64,000 nucleotides of DNA from Rhodothermales bacterium. Its GTDB lineage: Bacteria > Bacteroidota > Rhodothermia > Rhodothermales > JABDKH01. A model generated the notes under the pieces. That model worked only from the letters and a program-made list of their open reading frames with translations, searched no databases and was not told the DNA's origin. Shown here one piece after another: positions 10,847 through 20,223 of this stretch (its first letter is position 1; every line of letters starts with the position of its first letter). Made by a program: the position numbers and the translations under genes. The DNA is taken from contig JABDKH010000119.1 in NCBI GenBank assembly GCA_013002345.1, positions 1,763 to 65,762 of the forward strand. Direction: 5' to 3'.

Positions 10847-12649
10847 TTGATGCGACCGCTGGCCCGACTGAATCGATTCTACTGGAAGTACAAGCACCTG
10901 TTTGTACCGGGTCTGCTGTGCGCGGTGGTATCGGCAGGCTTCTCGATTACCGTGCCGATGGTGGTGCGACAGGCGGTCGACAGCATCCCGCGGTTTGTCG
11001 CTACCTACCGCGTCTTCAGCGGCTCTGCCGCACAGTCTCATCTCTTCACGTCATTCTTCGTGACGCTTCTCCTGTTCGGTCTGATGGTGCTCGGACTGAG
11101 CATCATGAGCGGCGTGTTCTCGTTTCTGATGAGGCAGACCGTGGTCGTGGCCTCGCGACACATCGAATACGATTTGCGCAATGAGTTGTACGAGCACATT
11201 CAGAAGTTGTCGCGCTCGTTCTACCTGAAGCATCCGACGGGCGATATCATGACGCGCGCCACGTCGGACATCGAGCAGGTGCGACGCTACATAGGCCCGG
11301 CCATTATGTACCTGACCCGGGCCCTGGTCATCGTAGTCACAGCAATGACCGTCATGTTCGTCATTTCGCCGCGACTGACTCTCTTTGCACTGATTCCGAT
11401 GCCATTCCTTGCGGTATCCGTGTTCCTCGTAGCCCACATGGTGCATTCGCGGAGCGACGCGCTGCAGAAGCAATACTCCCGGTTGACCAGTCGTGTCCAG
11501 GAGGCACTTTCCGGTATCCGCGTCTTGAAGGCGTACACGCGCGAATCGTCAGAGGCCGCTGTCTTTGACGAGGAAAGCCGACACTACCGCCGGCGCATGC
11601 TGGATCTGGCGCTCGTGGAGGCGGCGTGGCGGCCCGTATTCCTGCTGCTGGTTGGAATGTCAACGATTATTGTTGTCTGGGTAGGCGGTCGCCTTGTGGC
11701 AGAAGGAGTCATCACCATCGGTAACATCGCCGAGTACATCATTTACGTGGCGCTCATGACGTGGCCCGTCGCCTCCATGGGATTCGTCATCACGATGATT
11801 CAACGTGCCTCGGCATCGATCACGCGTATCGCCGAGATTCTTGATACGGTGCCGGATATCGCAGACGGCGAGCACACAAATCCGCATATCGAGTCGCTCG
11901 AGGGCGCCATATCGTTCGATCACGTCTGCTTCAGCTACGTCGAAGGCGAGCCAGTCATTGACGACATTACGATTGACGTACCGGCCGGATCGACCCTTGC
12001 GATCGTGGGCCGGACTGGTTCGGGCAAGAGTACGCTTGTCGAGATGATTCCTCGACTTCTTGAACCCACTTCGGGCCGGTTGCTCGTCGACGGCATGGAG
12101 GTCCGGTCGATACCGCTGGCAACGCTCCGCGGCTCGATCGGCTACGTTCCGCAGGATGTATTCCTGTTCAGCGATACGGTAGCGGCCAACGTCGCCTTCG
12201 GCGACATGGGTGCCGCCATGTCAGCGATCGAGGAGGTCGCTGGAGAAGCGGAGTTGCTGGACAATATTCAGGATCTATCGGATGGCTTCGAGACGTATGT
12301 CGGGGAGCGTGGCATCACCCTTTCCGGAGGACAGAAGCAACGAACTTCAATCGCCCGTGCACTTATTCGTCGACCGCGGATTCTCATCCTCGATGACGCG
12401 CTGTCGGCCGTGGACACGGATACGGAGCGGCGGATTCTCCGGCACCTGCGTCGGCACTACGGTCGCCGAACCATTGTTATAGTGAGTCACCGGGTTTCGG
12501 CCGTGCAGGATGCTGATCAGATTGCGGTGCTCGACAAAGGACGTGTTGCGGAGCTGGGCACGCATCGGCAGTTGCTTGAGGTCGACGGACTCTATGCAAA
12601 TCTGTATCGCAAGCAGCTTCTCGAAGACGAAATCGAATCGATCGTCTGA
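10847..12649 (+). CDS. ABC exporter, fused permease/ATPase (MdlA/MsbA-like half transporter)
   Basis: 600 aa. N-terminal domain with 6 transmembrane helices. Walker A GRTGSGKST, signature LSGGQKQR, Walker B ILILDDALSAVD. Confidence 0.9.
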   Translation: MMRPLARLNRFYWKYKHLFVPGLLCAVVSAGFSITVPMVVRQAVDSIPRFVATYRVFSGSAAQSHLFTSFFVTLLLFGLMVLGLSIMSGVFSFLMRQTVVVASRHIEYDLRNELYEHIQKLSRSFYLKHPTGDIMTRATSDIEQVRRYIGPAIMYLTRALVIVVTAMTVMFVISPRLTLFALIPMPFLAVSVFLVAHMVHSRSDALQKQYSRLTSRVQEALSGIRVLKAYTRESSEAAVFDEESRHYRRRMLDLALVEAAWRPVFLLLVGMSTIIVVWVGGRLVAEGVITIGNIAEYIIYVALMTWPVASMGFVITMIQRASASITRIAEILDTVPDIADGEHTNPHIESLEGAISFDHVCFSYVEGEPVIDDITIDVPAGSTLAIVGRTGSGKSTLVEMIPRLLEPTSGRLLVDGMEVRSIPLATLRGSIGYVPQDVFLFSDTVAANVAFGDMGAAMSAIEEVAGEAELLDNIQDLSDGFETYVGERGITLSGGQKQRTSIARALIRRPRILILDDALSAVDTDTERRILRHLRRHYGRRTIVIVSHRVSAVQDADQIAVLDKGRVAELGTHRQLLEVDGLYANLYRKQLLEDEIESIV

Positions 12650-12652
12650 CAC

Positions 12653-13603
12653 ATGAGTTCTACAGAAATCGTTCCGCTAGGCACAGGCTCTGCCGTCCCG
12701 ACTCAGGGTCGCAGCTTTTCCTCCGTGGCGGTGGTGCGTCCCGAGGAGACGCTGCTGTTTGACTGTGGCGAAGGGACGCAGGCTCGACTGATCGACAGTC
12801 GAATACGATTCTCCCGAATCAAGTCGATTTTCCTGACTCATCTACATGGCGATCACATTTTTGGACTTCCCGGTTTGCTTTCTACGATGTCGCTTCTGCA
12901 GCGGGGACAAGCAATGCGTGTGGTGGGTCCAATCGGCATTCAAAGAATTGTCGAGACGATGCCGGGCCTCGGGCCCGGTCAGACTTCGTTTGACATCGAT
13001 TTCATTCAGCTGGATGACAATGATCGGCGAATCGTCGTTCACGAAACCGATTCGTACCGGGTATTCGCACGCTCAGTCGATCATGGCGTCCCCGCATACG
13101 GCTATCGATACGAGGAATCGACAAAGCAGGGTAATCTCGATGTTGAGCGGGCTCGTTCGATGGGGGTCACGCGGTTTGAGGATTTCCGGCGACTGAAAAC
13201 GGGGGATTCCGTTGTGGGTGACGGAGGCAATGTTGTGAGGTCGGAGGAGGTGGTGGGAGCATCATCACCCGGAGGAGTTTTCGCCTATGTCGGTGATACA
13301 CGGCCCTGCGAAGGATCACTTGATCTGGCGAAGGGAGCTGACATTCTCTACCACGAAGCCACATTCGCGGCCGATCTGACGCAGCGTGCCGCCGAGACCG
13401 GTCACTCGACAGCTGTGGACGCGGCGCGAATCGCCCGCCGGGCCAGAGTCGGGCGGCTGTTGTTGAGTCACTTCAGTTCCCGCTATTCCGATATCGGTAT
13501 GTTGATCGAGGAAGCGCGCAGTGACTTCCTTGACACGGAGGCGGCGGTTGAGTTGCAGCGGTACGCTTTGCAGCGGAGCGAGACGGAGGAGGCTGATCAG
13601 TGA
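12653..13603 (+). CDS. rnz: Ribonuclease Z (short form)
   Basis: 316 aa. LGTGSAVP, FDCGEGTQ, the HLHGDHIFGLPGLLSTM metallo-beta-lactamase motif, and HST...LSHFSSRY at the C-terminus. Starts 4 nt after the upstream ABC stop and overlaps the next ABC start by 4 nt. Confidence 0.85.
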   Translation: MSSTEIVPLGTGSAVPTQGRSFSSVAVVRPEETLLFDCGEGTQARLIDSRIRFSRIKSIFLTHLHGDHIFGLPGLLSTMSLLQRGQAMRVVGPIGIQRIVETMPGLGPGQTSFDIDFIQLDDNDRRIVVHETDSYRVFARSVDHGVPAYGYRYEESTKQGNLDVERARSMGVTRFEDFRRLKTGDSVVGDGGNVVRSEEVVGASSPGGVFAYVGDTRPCEGSLDLAKGADILYHEATFAADLTQRAAETGHSTAVDAARIARRARVGRLLLSHFSSRYSDIGMLIEEARSDFLDTEAAVELQRYALQRSETEEADQ

Positions 13604-15411
13604 GCGATAAGAAGACACAAAGTGCCGTGCGGGTGCCCGGTGTTGACGGGCGTCTGCTCCGCCGCATTGTCACCTATCTCTTGCCTTACAAAGGCTGGGT
13701 CATCATCGCCTTCGTGACCGTGATGACGGCAGCTTTCCTTGGACCGCTGCGGCCCAAGCTGGTGCAGGTTGCCATCGACTCGTATATCGTGACGGGACAG
13801 CTCGACGGGCTGCGCCGCATCATCTTCTGGCTCTTTCTCATCCTGGTCGGTGAAGGGCTCCTGTCGTTCGTCAACGCCTATCTGACCCAGTGGATCGGAC
13901 AACAAGCGATCTTCGATCTTCGGACAAAACTGTTTCGTCACATCCAGAGACAGTCGCTCTCGTTTTTTGACCGAAATCCTGTCGGGCGCCTGATCACTCG
14001 CGTCACGAGCGACATCGAATCATTGAGCGATGTGCTGTCGGCCGGCGTCGTCACCATCATGGGTGATCTCTTCCGGTTGATATTCATCGCTTACTTCATG
14101 TTCTCGTTGAACTGGGTGCTTGCGCTGGTCACGCTGGCCGTATTGCCGTTGATGATTCGCGTCACCTTCTGGTTTCGACGGGTCGTTCGCGAGCAGTATC
14201 GGGAAACCCGCAAGCAGGTGGCGCGGCTGAATTCGTTCGTGCAGGAGCACGTGACCGGTATGCGCATCGTTCAGCTTTTCAATCGCGAGCAGGAAGAGCT
14301 GAGTCGTTTCAAAGCCATCAATGACGACCACCGCGGCGCGCAGATCAGGACGATCTTCTACTTCGCACTTTTCTGGCCGGCCATCGATATTGTGGGTTCG
14401 ACGGCACTTGGTCTGGTCATCTGGGTTGGTGGCGTTCGCGCCATGGGCGACGCACTGACACTCGGTGTACTTATCGCGTTCATCCAGTACGCGCGACAGT
14501 TCTTCGAGCCGATTCGGAATCTGTCCGATCAGTTCAACACGTTGCAGAGTGCCATGGCCGGCGCCGAGCGGATCTTCGACTTGCTCGACACCGACGAGGC
14601 TCTGCCCGAGTCCGATACCCCGAACGTACTCGACGACTTCAAGGGCACGATCGAATTCGAGGACGTGTGGTTCACCTACGATCGCGATTATGAGAGCGAC
14701 GAAGAGGCCAACTGGATTCTGAAGGGTGTGTCGTTTGTCGTCGAGCCCGGCACGAGCACCGCCATCGTGGGCGCGACCGGGGCAGGCAAGACCACCATCA
14801 TCAGTGTTCTCCTGAGGTTCTACGAAATCCAGAAGGGCGCAATCCGTATCGACGGCGTCGATATCAGGACTCTTTCGCTTACGGACCTTCGCCGGCGTAT
14901 CGGTCTGGTACTTCAGGACGTATTCCTTTTTTCCGGATCCGTCATCGACAACATCACGCTCGACGATCCTGCCATCAGCAAGCACCGAGTGGAAGAGGCC
15001 GTATCGTTGATAGGAGCGGACGCGTTCGTGGGCCGTCTGCCGCAAGGCCTAAATCATGAAGTGAAGGAACGCGGCATGTCGCTTTCGCACGGCCAGCGCC
15101 AGATGCTGTCGTTCGCACGCGCACTGGTATACAATCCTGCAATCCTGGTGCTGGATGAGGCTACGTCGAGTGTCGATACCGAAACCGAGGAGGCGATTCA
15201 GATTGCACTGAGCACCCTGATGAGTGGCCGCACGTCTATCGCGATCGCTCATCGGCTTTCGACCATCCAGCATGCCAACCAGATTCTGGTCATGCATCGC
15301 GGCGAGATTCGTGAGCGGGGCACCCACCAGCAACTGATTACACTCGACGGACTTTACCGCAAGCTGTACGAGCTGCAGTATCAGGATCAGGAGCAGGCCA
15401 GTGCGGCCTGA
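13600..15411 (+). CDS. ABC exporter, fused permease/ATPase (MdlB/MsbA-like half transporter)
   Basis: 603 aa. Transmembrane domain followed by Walker A GATGAGKTT, signature LSHGQRQM and Walker B ILVLDEATSSVD. Confidence 0.9.
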   Translation: MSDKKTQSAVRVPGVDGRLLRRIVTYLLPYKGWVIIAFVTVMTAAFLGPLRPKLVQVAIDSYIVTGQLDGLRRIIFWLFLILVGEGLLSFVNAYLTQWIGQQAIFDLRTKLFRHIQRQSLSFFDRNPVGRLITRVTSDIESLSDVLSAGVVTIMGDLFRLIFIAYFMFSLNWVLALVTLAVLPLMIRVTFWFRRVVREQYRETRKQVARLNSFVQEHVTGMRIVQLFNREQEELSRFKAINDDHRGAQIRTIFYFALFWPAIDIVGSTALGLVIWVGGVRAMGDALTLGVLIAFIQYARQFFEPIRNLSDQFNTLQSAMAGAERIFDLLDTDEALPESDTPNVLDDFKGTIEFEDVWFTYDRDYESDEEANWILKGVSFVVEPGTSTAIVGATGAGKTTIISVLLRFYEIQKGAIRIDGVDIRTLSLTDLRRRIGLVLQDVFLFSGSVIDNITLDDPAISKHRVEEAVSLIGADAFVGRLPQGLNHEVKERGMSLSHGQRQMLSFARALVYNPAILVLDEATSSVDTETEEAIQIALSTLMSGRTSIAIAHRLSTIQHANQILVMHRGEIRERGTHQQLITLDGLYRKLYELQYQDQEQASAA

Positions 15412-15509
15412 CCCCCGTTCGTAACATTGCGCGCGTGTGATAGTCTAAAGGACTCGCAACGGCTCAGTTCGCCTAATCAGCCAGTTTCGTACGCAACGGA
15501 AAACGACTT

Positions 15510-15842
15510 ATGGATACATACTACAAGCCGGAGCATCTGCCGAAGTTTTCCAGCATTGCGGAAGGCGGGCAAGAGCTTGCTGACGCCTTCTTCAATTATT
15601 ACGGGAAGGTGTTCGAGGACGGAGCGCTGTCGGCGCGCGAGAAGGCGCTTATTGCCCTGGCAGTTGCACATACCATCCAGTGCCCGTATTGCATCGACGC
15701 GTACACGTCGGATTGCCTGGAGAAAGGTTCGGATCTCGAACAGATGACCGAAGCCGTACATGTTGCTACGGCGATTCGTGGTGGCGCGTCACTGGTGCAT
15801 GGAATACAGATGCTCGAGCAGACAAAGAAGATTGTGATGTAA
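15510..15842 (+). CDS. AhpD/carboxymuconolactone-decarboxylase-like protein (arsenosugar biosynthesis-associated peroxidase-like family)
   Basis: 110 aa with the CMD-fold CxxC motif (AHTIQCPYCIDAYT). Sits immediately upstream of an ArsS-type radical SAM gene, which is the known pairing for this family. Confidence 0.7.
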   Translation: MDTYYKPEHLPKFSSIAEGGQELADAFFNYYGKVFEDGALSAREKALIALAVAHTIQCPYCIDAYTSDCLEKGSDLEQMTEAVHVATAIRGGASLVHGIQMLEQTKKIVM

Positions 15843-15855
15843 GCGGGAATCGTTT

Positions 15856-17025
15856 ATGAAGGACAGCAACATGTCCAGTTCGACAGCGCAGGCCACTCTC
15901 ATTCCGCTGGATATCATCAGCAGGGGAGACGGCGCTATCGTTGACGTTGAAGGGCCAAGGACCACCACGAGTCTTCACGCGCGCCGCATGCCGCTGGCGA
16001 GTCCCGCTGCCCAATTCGAAATCCTCGATGGCGTAGAGCTGGCCGCGGGCCCGACCGCATCCGGCAATTTTATTGCGGACGTTCGCGCATCGGGGTGGAA
16101 TCAGCTGCGACCATCCGACCTCGAGATCTTTCAGATTAATCTCGGCAAGCTGTGCAACATGACGTGCCGGCATTGCCACGTCGATTCGGGTCCCGACCGC
16201 CTGGACGAGAATATGGATCGCGCAACCGTCGACGCTTGTTTGCGAGCGATAGACCTGAGCGATCCGGCTACCGTTGACCTGACCGGAGGTGCTCCCGAGC
16301 TGAATCCGCATTTCGAGTATCTGGTCGATGAAGTGGTCGCGCGTGGCAAGAAGGTGATCGACCGGTGCAATCTGACGATCCTGACCGTGCGCCGATACCA
16401 GCATTTTCCTGTGTGGTTCGCCGAAAGAGGTGTAGAGGTCGTTTGCTCGCTGCCGCACTACCGGAAGTCCGGAACCGACGCCCAGCGCGGCGATGGCGCC
16501 TACGAGAAGTCAATTCAAGCACTGCGGATGCTCAACGAGGCCGGGTATGGCTACGGAGATCCGCGACTTCAGCTGACTCTCGTGACGAATCCCGTCGGCG
16601 CGTTCCTCGCCGGTAGTCAGGCGTCTCTTGAGGCGGATTGGAAGAAGGCACTGGATCTCAACCACGGCGTGCATTTCGACCGACTCCTCGCCTTGAACAA
16701 TATGCCGATGTCCAGATACCTGGAGTGGCTACTCGCAAAAGGGCAGCTCGAGGAGTACATGCAGCGACTGGTTCACGCCTTCAATCCGGAGACCATTTGC
16801 GGGCTGATGTGCCGCAACACGCTGTCGGTGTCGTGGGACGGCTACCTGTACGACTGCGATTTTAATCAGCAGCTCGAAATGGACATGAGACTCAACGGCA
16901 CGGGTAGAACGCATGTCCGGGATTTCGACCTGTCAGTGTGGAAGACCCACGACATTCTGACGCATCGCCACTGCTACGGCTGCACGGCGGGGGCCGGAAG
17001 CGGCTGCGGCGGCGCGATCACGTGA
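15856..17025 (+). CDS. arsS: Radical SAM/Cys-rich protein, ArsS-type (arsenosugar biosynthesis), Cys form
   Basis: 389 aa. Radical-SAM CNMTCRHC, and the family-typical C-terminus HRHCYGCTAGAGSGCGGAIT. The N-terminus may be over-extended; an internal Met lies near MPLASPAAQFEIL. Confidence 0.7.
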   Translation: MKDSNMSSSTAQATLIPLDIISRGDGAIVDVEGPRTTTSLHARRMPLASPAAQFEILDGVELAAGPTASGNFIADVRASGWNQLRPSDLEIFQINLGKLCNMTCRHCHVDSGPDRLDENMDRATVDACLRAIDLSDPATVDLTGGAPELNPHFEYLVDEVVARGKKVIDRCNLTILTVRRYQHFPVWFAERGVEVVCSLPHYRKSGTDAQRGDGAYEKSIQALRMLNEAGYGYGDPRLQLTLVTNPVGAFLAGSQASLEADWKKALDLNHGVHFDRLLALNNMPMSRYLEWLLAKGQLEEYMQRLVHAFNPETICGLMCRNTLSVSWDGYLYDCDFNQQLEMDMRLNGTGRTHVRDFDLSVWKTHDILTHRHCYGCTAGAGSGCGGAIT

Positions 17026-17077
17026 CATCGCGCGAGAGTCGGCGAAGCATCCGTGCCGACGAGAGCGAAGAGCGGCT

Positions 17078-17893
17078 CTAGTACAGCGCCATATTGAATC
17101 GTCGGCGATGTGCGCGCACCATCTCGTTGTCCTCTCCAAGTATACTGAAGATGGCGAGACAAGCTTTGCGTGCGCCGTCGTCGTCGTAGTACCGGTCCTT
17201 CATGATCACGGATATGAAGCCGTCCAGTGCGCTGCTTAGATTGCGCTCGCGCAGGTCTTTAATGGCGCGTGCATAGTCTTCGCGCCCCGGGCCTTCTTCC
17301 AGAGCGCCGGCGGTGCCATTCAGAGAAAGAAGCCGGACCAGCACCCGAATCCCGTCTGCAGTCTGTACCAGTGCCGGGTCGACAAGCTCTATCCCGTTCA
17401 ATAGTTTCTCGGCCCGGTCGGGATGTTCAAAGACCTCGAGCTGTGCGAGGGTAACGGCAGCCGACGCATCGCTGGCATCTTCCTTCAATGCCGTCTCCAG
17501 GAGGCGCCGGGCGTCCCCTACACGGCCTTCTGCCATCGCGCTGCGCGCGTCATCAGCGAGCAATCGACTCTCGCTGGGCACGGCTTTCTCGAGCCACTGC
17601 TCGACCGCATGTTGAGGCAGGGCTCCGGTGAATTCGTCCACGACCTCGCCATCCACAAACATCTTCACGGCCGGGATGCCGCGAATCCCGTACTGCATCG
17701 ATAATTCCTGATTCTGATCCGTGTTGATCTTGGCGAGCTTCCAGCGCCCGTCGCTCTTCTTCGCAAGCGTCTCGAGGACAGGGCCCAGTACCTGACAGGG
17801 TCCGCACCATGGAGCCCAGAAGTCGACGACAACCGGCGTCTTGTGACTCGCATCGAGAACATCTTCTTGAAAATTCTGCACGTCGTAAGCCAT
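17078..17893 (-). CDS. Thioredoxin domain + TPR-like C-terminal domain protein (YbbN/CnoX-like architecture)
   Basis: 271 aa. N-terminal thioredoxin fold with an intact WAPWCGPC active site, followed by a roughly 160-aa helical-repeat tail. Confidence 0.85.
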   Translation of the reverse strand: MAYDVQNFQEDVLDASHKTPVVVDFWAPWCGPCQVLGPVLETLAKKSDGRWKLAKINTDQNQELSMQYGIRGIPAVKMFVDGEVVDEFTGALPQHAVEQWLEKAVPSESRLLADDARSAMAEGRVGDARRLLETALKEDASDASAAVTLAQLEVFEHPDRAEKLLNGIELVDPALVQTADGIRVLVRLLSLNGTAGALEEGPGREDYARAIKDLRERNLSSALDGFISVIMKDRYYDDDGARKACLAIFSILGEDNEMVRAHRRRFNMALY

Positions 17894-18029
17894 GACCTGA
17901 ATAGTTTTATTTCCGTTCGGCCAGTCTGTGAGCCGCCAGCCAGAAAGCCTGTTTTTTGCGCTAAACAGCGATTACTGTGGCTATCGGCGGGTCAGCGTCC
18001 AGTGTCGCGTAATCAATCTTCAGTGAACT

Positions 18030-19184
18030 ATGTGTACCATGTCTCGTGTTTTCGGATTCGCTTTCACGGCATCTTTAAGTATTGCCCTCCTGGGATGCGG
18101 AGGATCCGGTCCGTCGGCCGCCGACTATGATCCGGCCGCCGATTCGTTACGGTTTCCGGGTGAAGTGCACCTCCGCAATATTCAACAATTGACGTTTGGC
18201 GGAAACAATGCCGAGGCCTACTGGAGCTTCGATAATTCACAGCTGATCTTTCAGAGTGACCACTCGGCCCTCCACGCACAGGGTTGCGATCAGATTTTCG
18301 TAATGAACGTCGACGGGTCGGAAGTGGCACCGGGCGAGAGGTATCAGCTGGCATCGACCGGCCTCGGTCGCACCACATGTTCGTATTTCCTGCCTGACGG
18401 TCGCGTCATCTACGGATCGACCCACGCCGCGGCACCGCAATGCCCGGAAACACCAATGGTGGTACAGGGTCGATACGTGTGGCCGATCTATGACTCGTAC
18501 GACATCTACGTTGCCCGGGCGGATGGCTCGCAGCCGGAGGTGCTCGTCGGCGGAGACGGCTACGACGCCGAGGCAACGGTGTCGCCGGACGGCAAGTACG
18601 TAATATTCACGTCGACACGAACGGGCGATCTCGAACTGTGGCGATATGAACTGGCGACAGGCGATCTCCTGCAGCTCACCGACGGCCTTGGCTATGACGG
18701 AGGCGCATTCTTCTCGCCCGACTCGAAGAAAATTGTATGGCGTGCAAGTCGACCGGAGGGAGAAGCCGCTGCGGTGTATCAGAATTTGTTGGCGGACGGT
18801 CTCGTTGAACCGGCCAACCTGAATCTCTTCGTCGCGAACGCCGACGGGTCCGATGCGCAGCAGATCACAGACTTCACAGGTGCAAACTGGGCTCCGTTTT
18901 TCCATCCGGACGGGACGAAGATCATCTTCACCTCGAATCATCATTCGACGAATGAAGGCGGAAGGCTGTTTGATCTGTTTATGATTGGCCTGGACGGATC
19001 GGGACTGGAGCAGATCACGTACTCCGGCACGTTCGACGCCTTCCCGATGTTCTCGTTTGACGGAGCCAGACTGGTCTTTGCGTCCAATCGTCGGACCGAT
19101 CGCGCACCGTCTCGTGATACAAACATCTTCGTGGCCGATTGGATCGAACTGCCTGAGGACGTAGATATCAGCTTCGGTTCGTGA
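18030..19184 (+). CDS. TolB-like beta-propeller (PD40 repeat) lipoprotein
   Basis: 384 aa with a lipobox (ALLGCGGS). Repeated PD40 motifs: SPDGKYVIFTSTRTGDLELW, FSPDSKKIVWRASR, FHPDGTKIIFTSN, SFDGARLVFASNR. Confidence 0.7.
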   Translation: MCTMSRVFGFAFTASLSIALLGCGGSGPSAADYDPAADSLRFPGEVHLRNIQQLTFGGNNAEAYWSFDNSQLIFQSDHSALHAQGCDQIFVMNVDGSEVAPGERYQLASTGLGRTTCSYFLPDGRVIYGSTHAAAPQCPETPMVVQGRYVWPIYDSYDIYVARADGSQPEVLVGGDGYDAEATVSPDGKYVIFTSTRTGDLELWRYELATGDLLQLTDGLGYDGGAFFSPDSKKIVWRASRPEGEAAAVYQNLLADGLVEPANLNLFVANADGSDAQQITDFTGANWAPFFHPDGTKIIFTSNHHSTNEGGRLFDLFMIGLDGSGLEQITYSGTFDAFPMFSFDGARLVFASNRRTDRAPSRDTNIFVADWIELPEDVDISFGS

Positions 19185-19227
19185 CCCCCTATCTGGAGAG
19201 CTGCGAAACCCGCTGCCAGAAGAAAAG

Positions 19228-19250
19228 TTAGACGTGTCTAAATTTTAGAC
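19228..19250 (+). promoter_or_regulatory. Candidate metalloregulator operator: TTAGAC-GT-GTCTAA palindrome plus a third TTAGAC half-site
   Basis: TTAGAC (19228-19233), GT, GTCTAA (19236-19241), then TTAGAC again at 19245-19250. It ends 10 nt before the ATG of the metal-ABC substrate-binding gene. The TTAG...CTAA arms resemble DtxR-family operators. Confidence 0.35.
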
Positions 19251-19260
19251 TCTTCTGACT

Positions 19261-20208
19261 ATGAATCGTCTCTCAGACTGCGTAAAAGCGGTATTCGTGG
19301 TGCTGGTCCTGGCCCTTTCGGGGTGTCGGGGTGGCTCGAACACCGATAGATCCAACGACGGCAGGCTTTCGGTCGTTGCGACCACAAACCTCGTCGGTGA
19401 TCTCGTCCGTACGATTGCAGCGGACCGCGTCGACGTCACCTCGCTGATGGGCCCCGGCGTAGATCCGCACCTCTATAAGGCCAGCGAGGGAGATGTCCGG
19501 AGAATGGCTGCCGCGGACGCAATCTTTTATGGTGGATTGCATCTTGAGGGCAAGATGACGGAGGTCTTCGAGCGCATGCACAGCCGGGGCATCGCCACCT
19601 TTGCAGTCACCGCAGGGAATCCCGACTCACTGTATATCGATTCGCCGAACTTCGGGGGCAACTACGATCCGCACATCTGGTTTGACATCGCGCTCTGGCG
19701 AGGTGCAGCCCGCTTTGTCTACGAGTCACTCGTGGACCTCGACTCGAGCTCCGCGGCCATCTTTGACTCAAGCCTGACGGCCTACGGGCAGCAACTGGAT
19801 TCCCTTGAGGCCTATGTTCGGGCGCGCACGCTCGAGGTGCCGGTCGATCAGCGAGTCGTCATCACGTCGCACGATGCGTTCGGATATCTGGGTCGGGCCT
19901 ATGGATACGACGTCCGCGGTTTGCAGGGTATCAGCACGGCGACCGAAGCAGGAGCGGCCGACGTCCAGGCGCTGGCAGCATTCGTCGCGGATCGCAGAAT
20001 ACCGGCTATGTTCATGGAATCGTCCGTGCCTCCTCGTGGCATCGAGGCGGTCCGTGAGGCGGTCCGCTCTCGGGGGTTTGACGTCGCCATCGGCGGGCAC
20101 CTGTTTTCCGACGCACTGGGTGCTGCGGGGACTACCGAAGGAACGTATGTCGGAATGTTTCGACACAACATAGATACGATAGTCAACGCGCTGTCTGCGT
20201 CGCACTGA
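19261..20208 (+). CDS. Metal ABC transporter substrate-binding lipoprotein (cluster A-I, Mn/Fe-type)
   Basis: 315 aa with a lipobox (LALSGCRGG). The candidate ligand set is His-His-Glu-Asp (GVDPHLY, YDPHIWFD, ISTATEAG, LFSDALG), as in PsaA/MntC. It lacks the His-rich loop typical of ZnuA. Confidence 0.85.
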   Translation: MNRLSDCVKAVFVVLVLALSGCRGGSNTDRSNDGRLSVVATTNLVGDLVRTIAADRVDVTSLMGPGVDPHLYKASEGDVRRMAAADAIFYGGLHLEGKMTEVFERMHSRGIATFAVTAGNPDSLYIDSPNFGGNYDPHIWFDIALWRGAARFVYESLVDLDSSSAAIFDSSLTAYGQQLDSLEAYVRARTLEVPVDQRVVITSHDAFGYLGRAYGYDVRGLQGISTATEAGAADVQALAAFVADRRIPAMFMESSVPPRGIEAVREAVRSRGFDVAIGGHLFSDALGAAGTTEGTYVGMFRHNIDTIVNALSASH

Positions 20209-20223
20209 CTCGAGCCGTTTAAC

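Noticed and set aside
14020-15045. Long antisense or off-frame ORFs opposite well-supported genes. Examples: 14020-15045(-) opposite the ABC exporter, 23709-24680(+) opposite rny, 31289-32419(+) opposite thrS, 38372-39436(+) opposite proS, 55409-56101(+) opposite bshA, 60250-60945(+) opposite pdxJ, and 20383-21153(-) opposite the metal ABC genes.
   Set aside because: These are typical shadow ORFs of GC-rich DNA. Their translations are Arg/Pro/Ser-rich with no recognisable motifs, and each fully overlaps a gene with strong family signatures.
17023-17097. Possible UGA read-through or selenocysteine in arsS. The gene ends in TGA and a hairpin GTCGGC...GCCGAC (17039-17061) follows 14 nt later, which is SECIS-like spacing.
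   Set aside because: The family's conserved Cys-rich C-terminus (CYGCTAGAGSGCGG) is already complete before the stop, with Cys at the position where Sec variants occur. Read-through would add an unstructured tail running into the convergent Trx-TPR gene. No selA, selB or selC is visible. The hairpin is more simply a terminator between convergent genes.
19222-19250. Reading the TTAGAC-GT-GTCTAA hairpin as the terminator of the upstream TolB-like gene.
   Set aside because: The stem is short and AT-rich with a 2-nt centre, so it would be a poor RNA hairpin. Its position directly before the metal-transporter start, with a repeated third half-site, fits a protein operator better. A dual role cannot be excluded.
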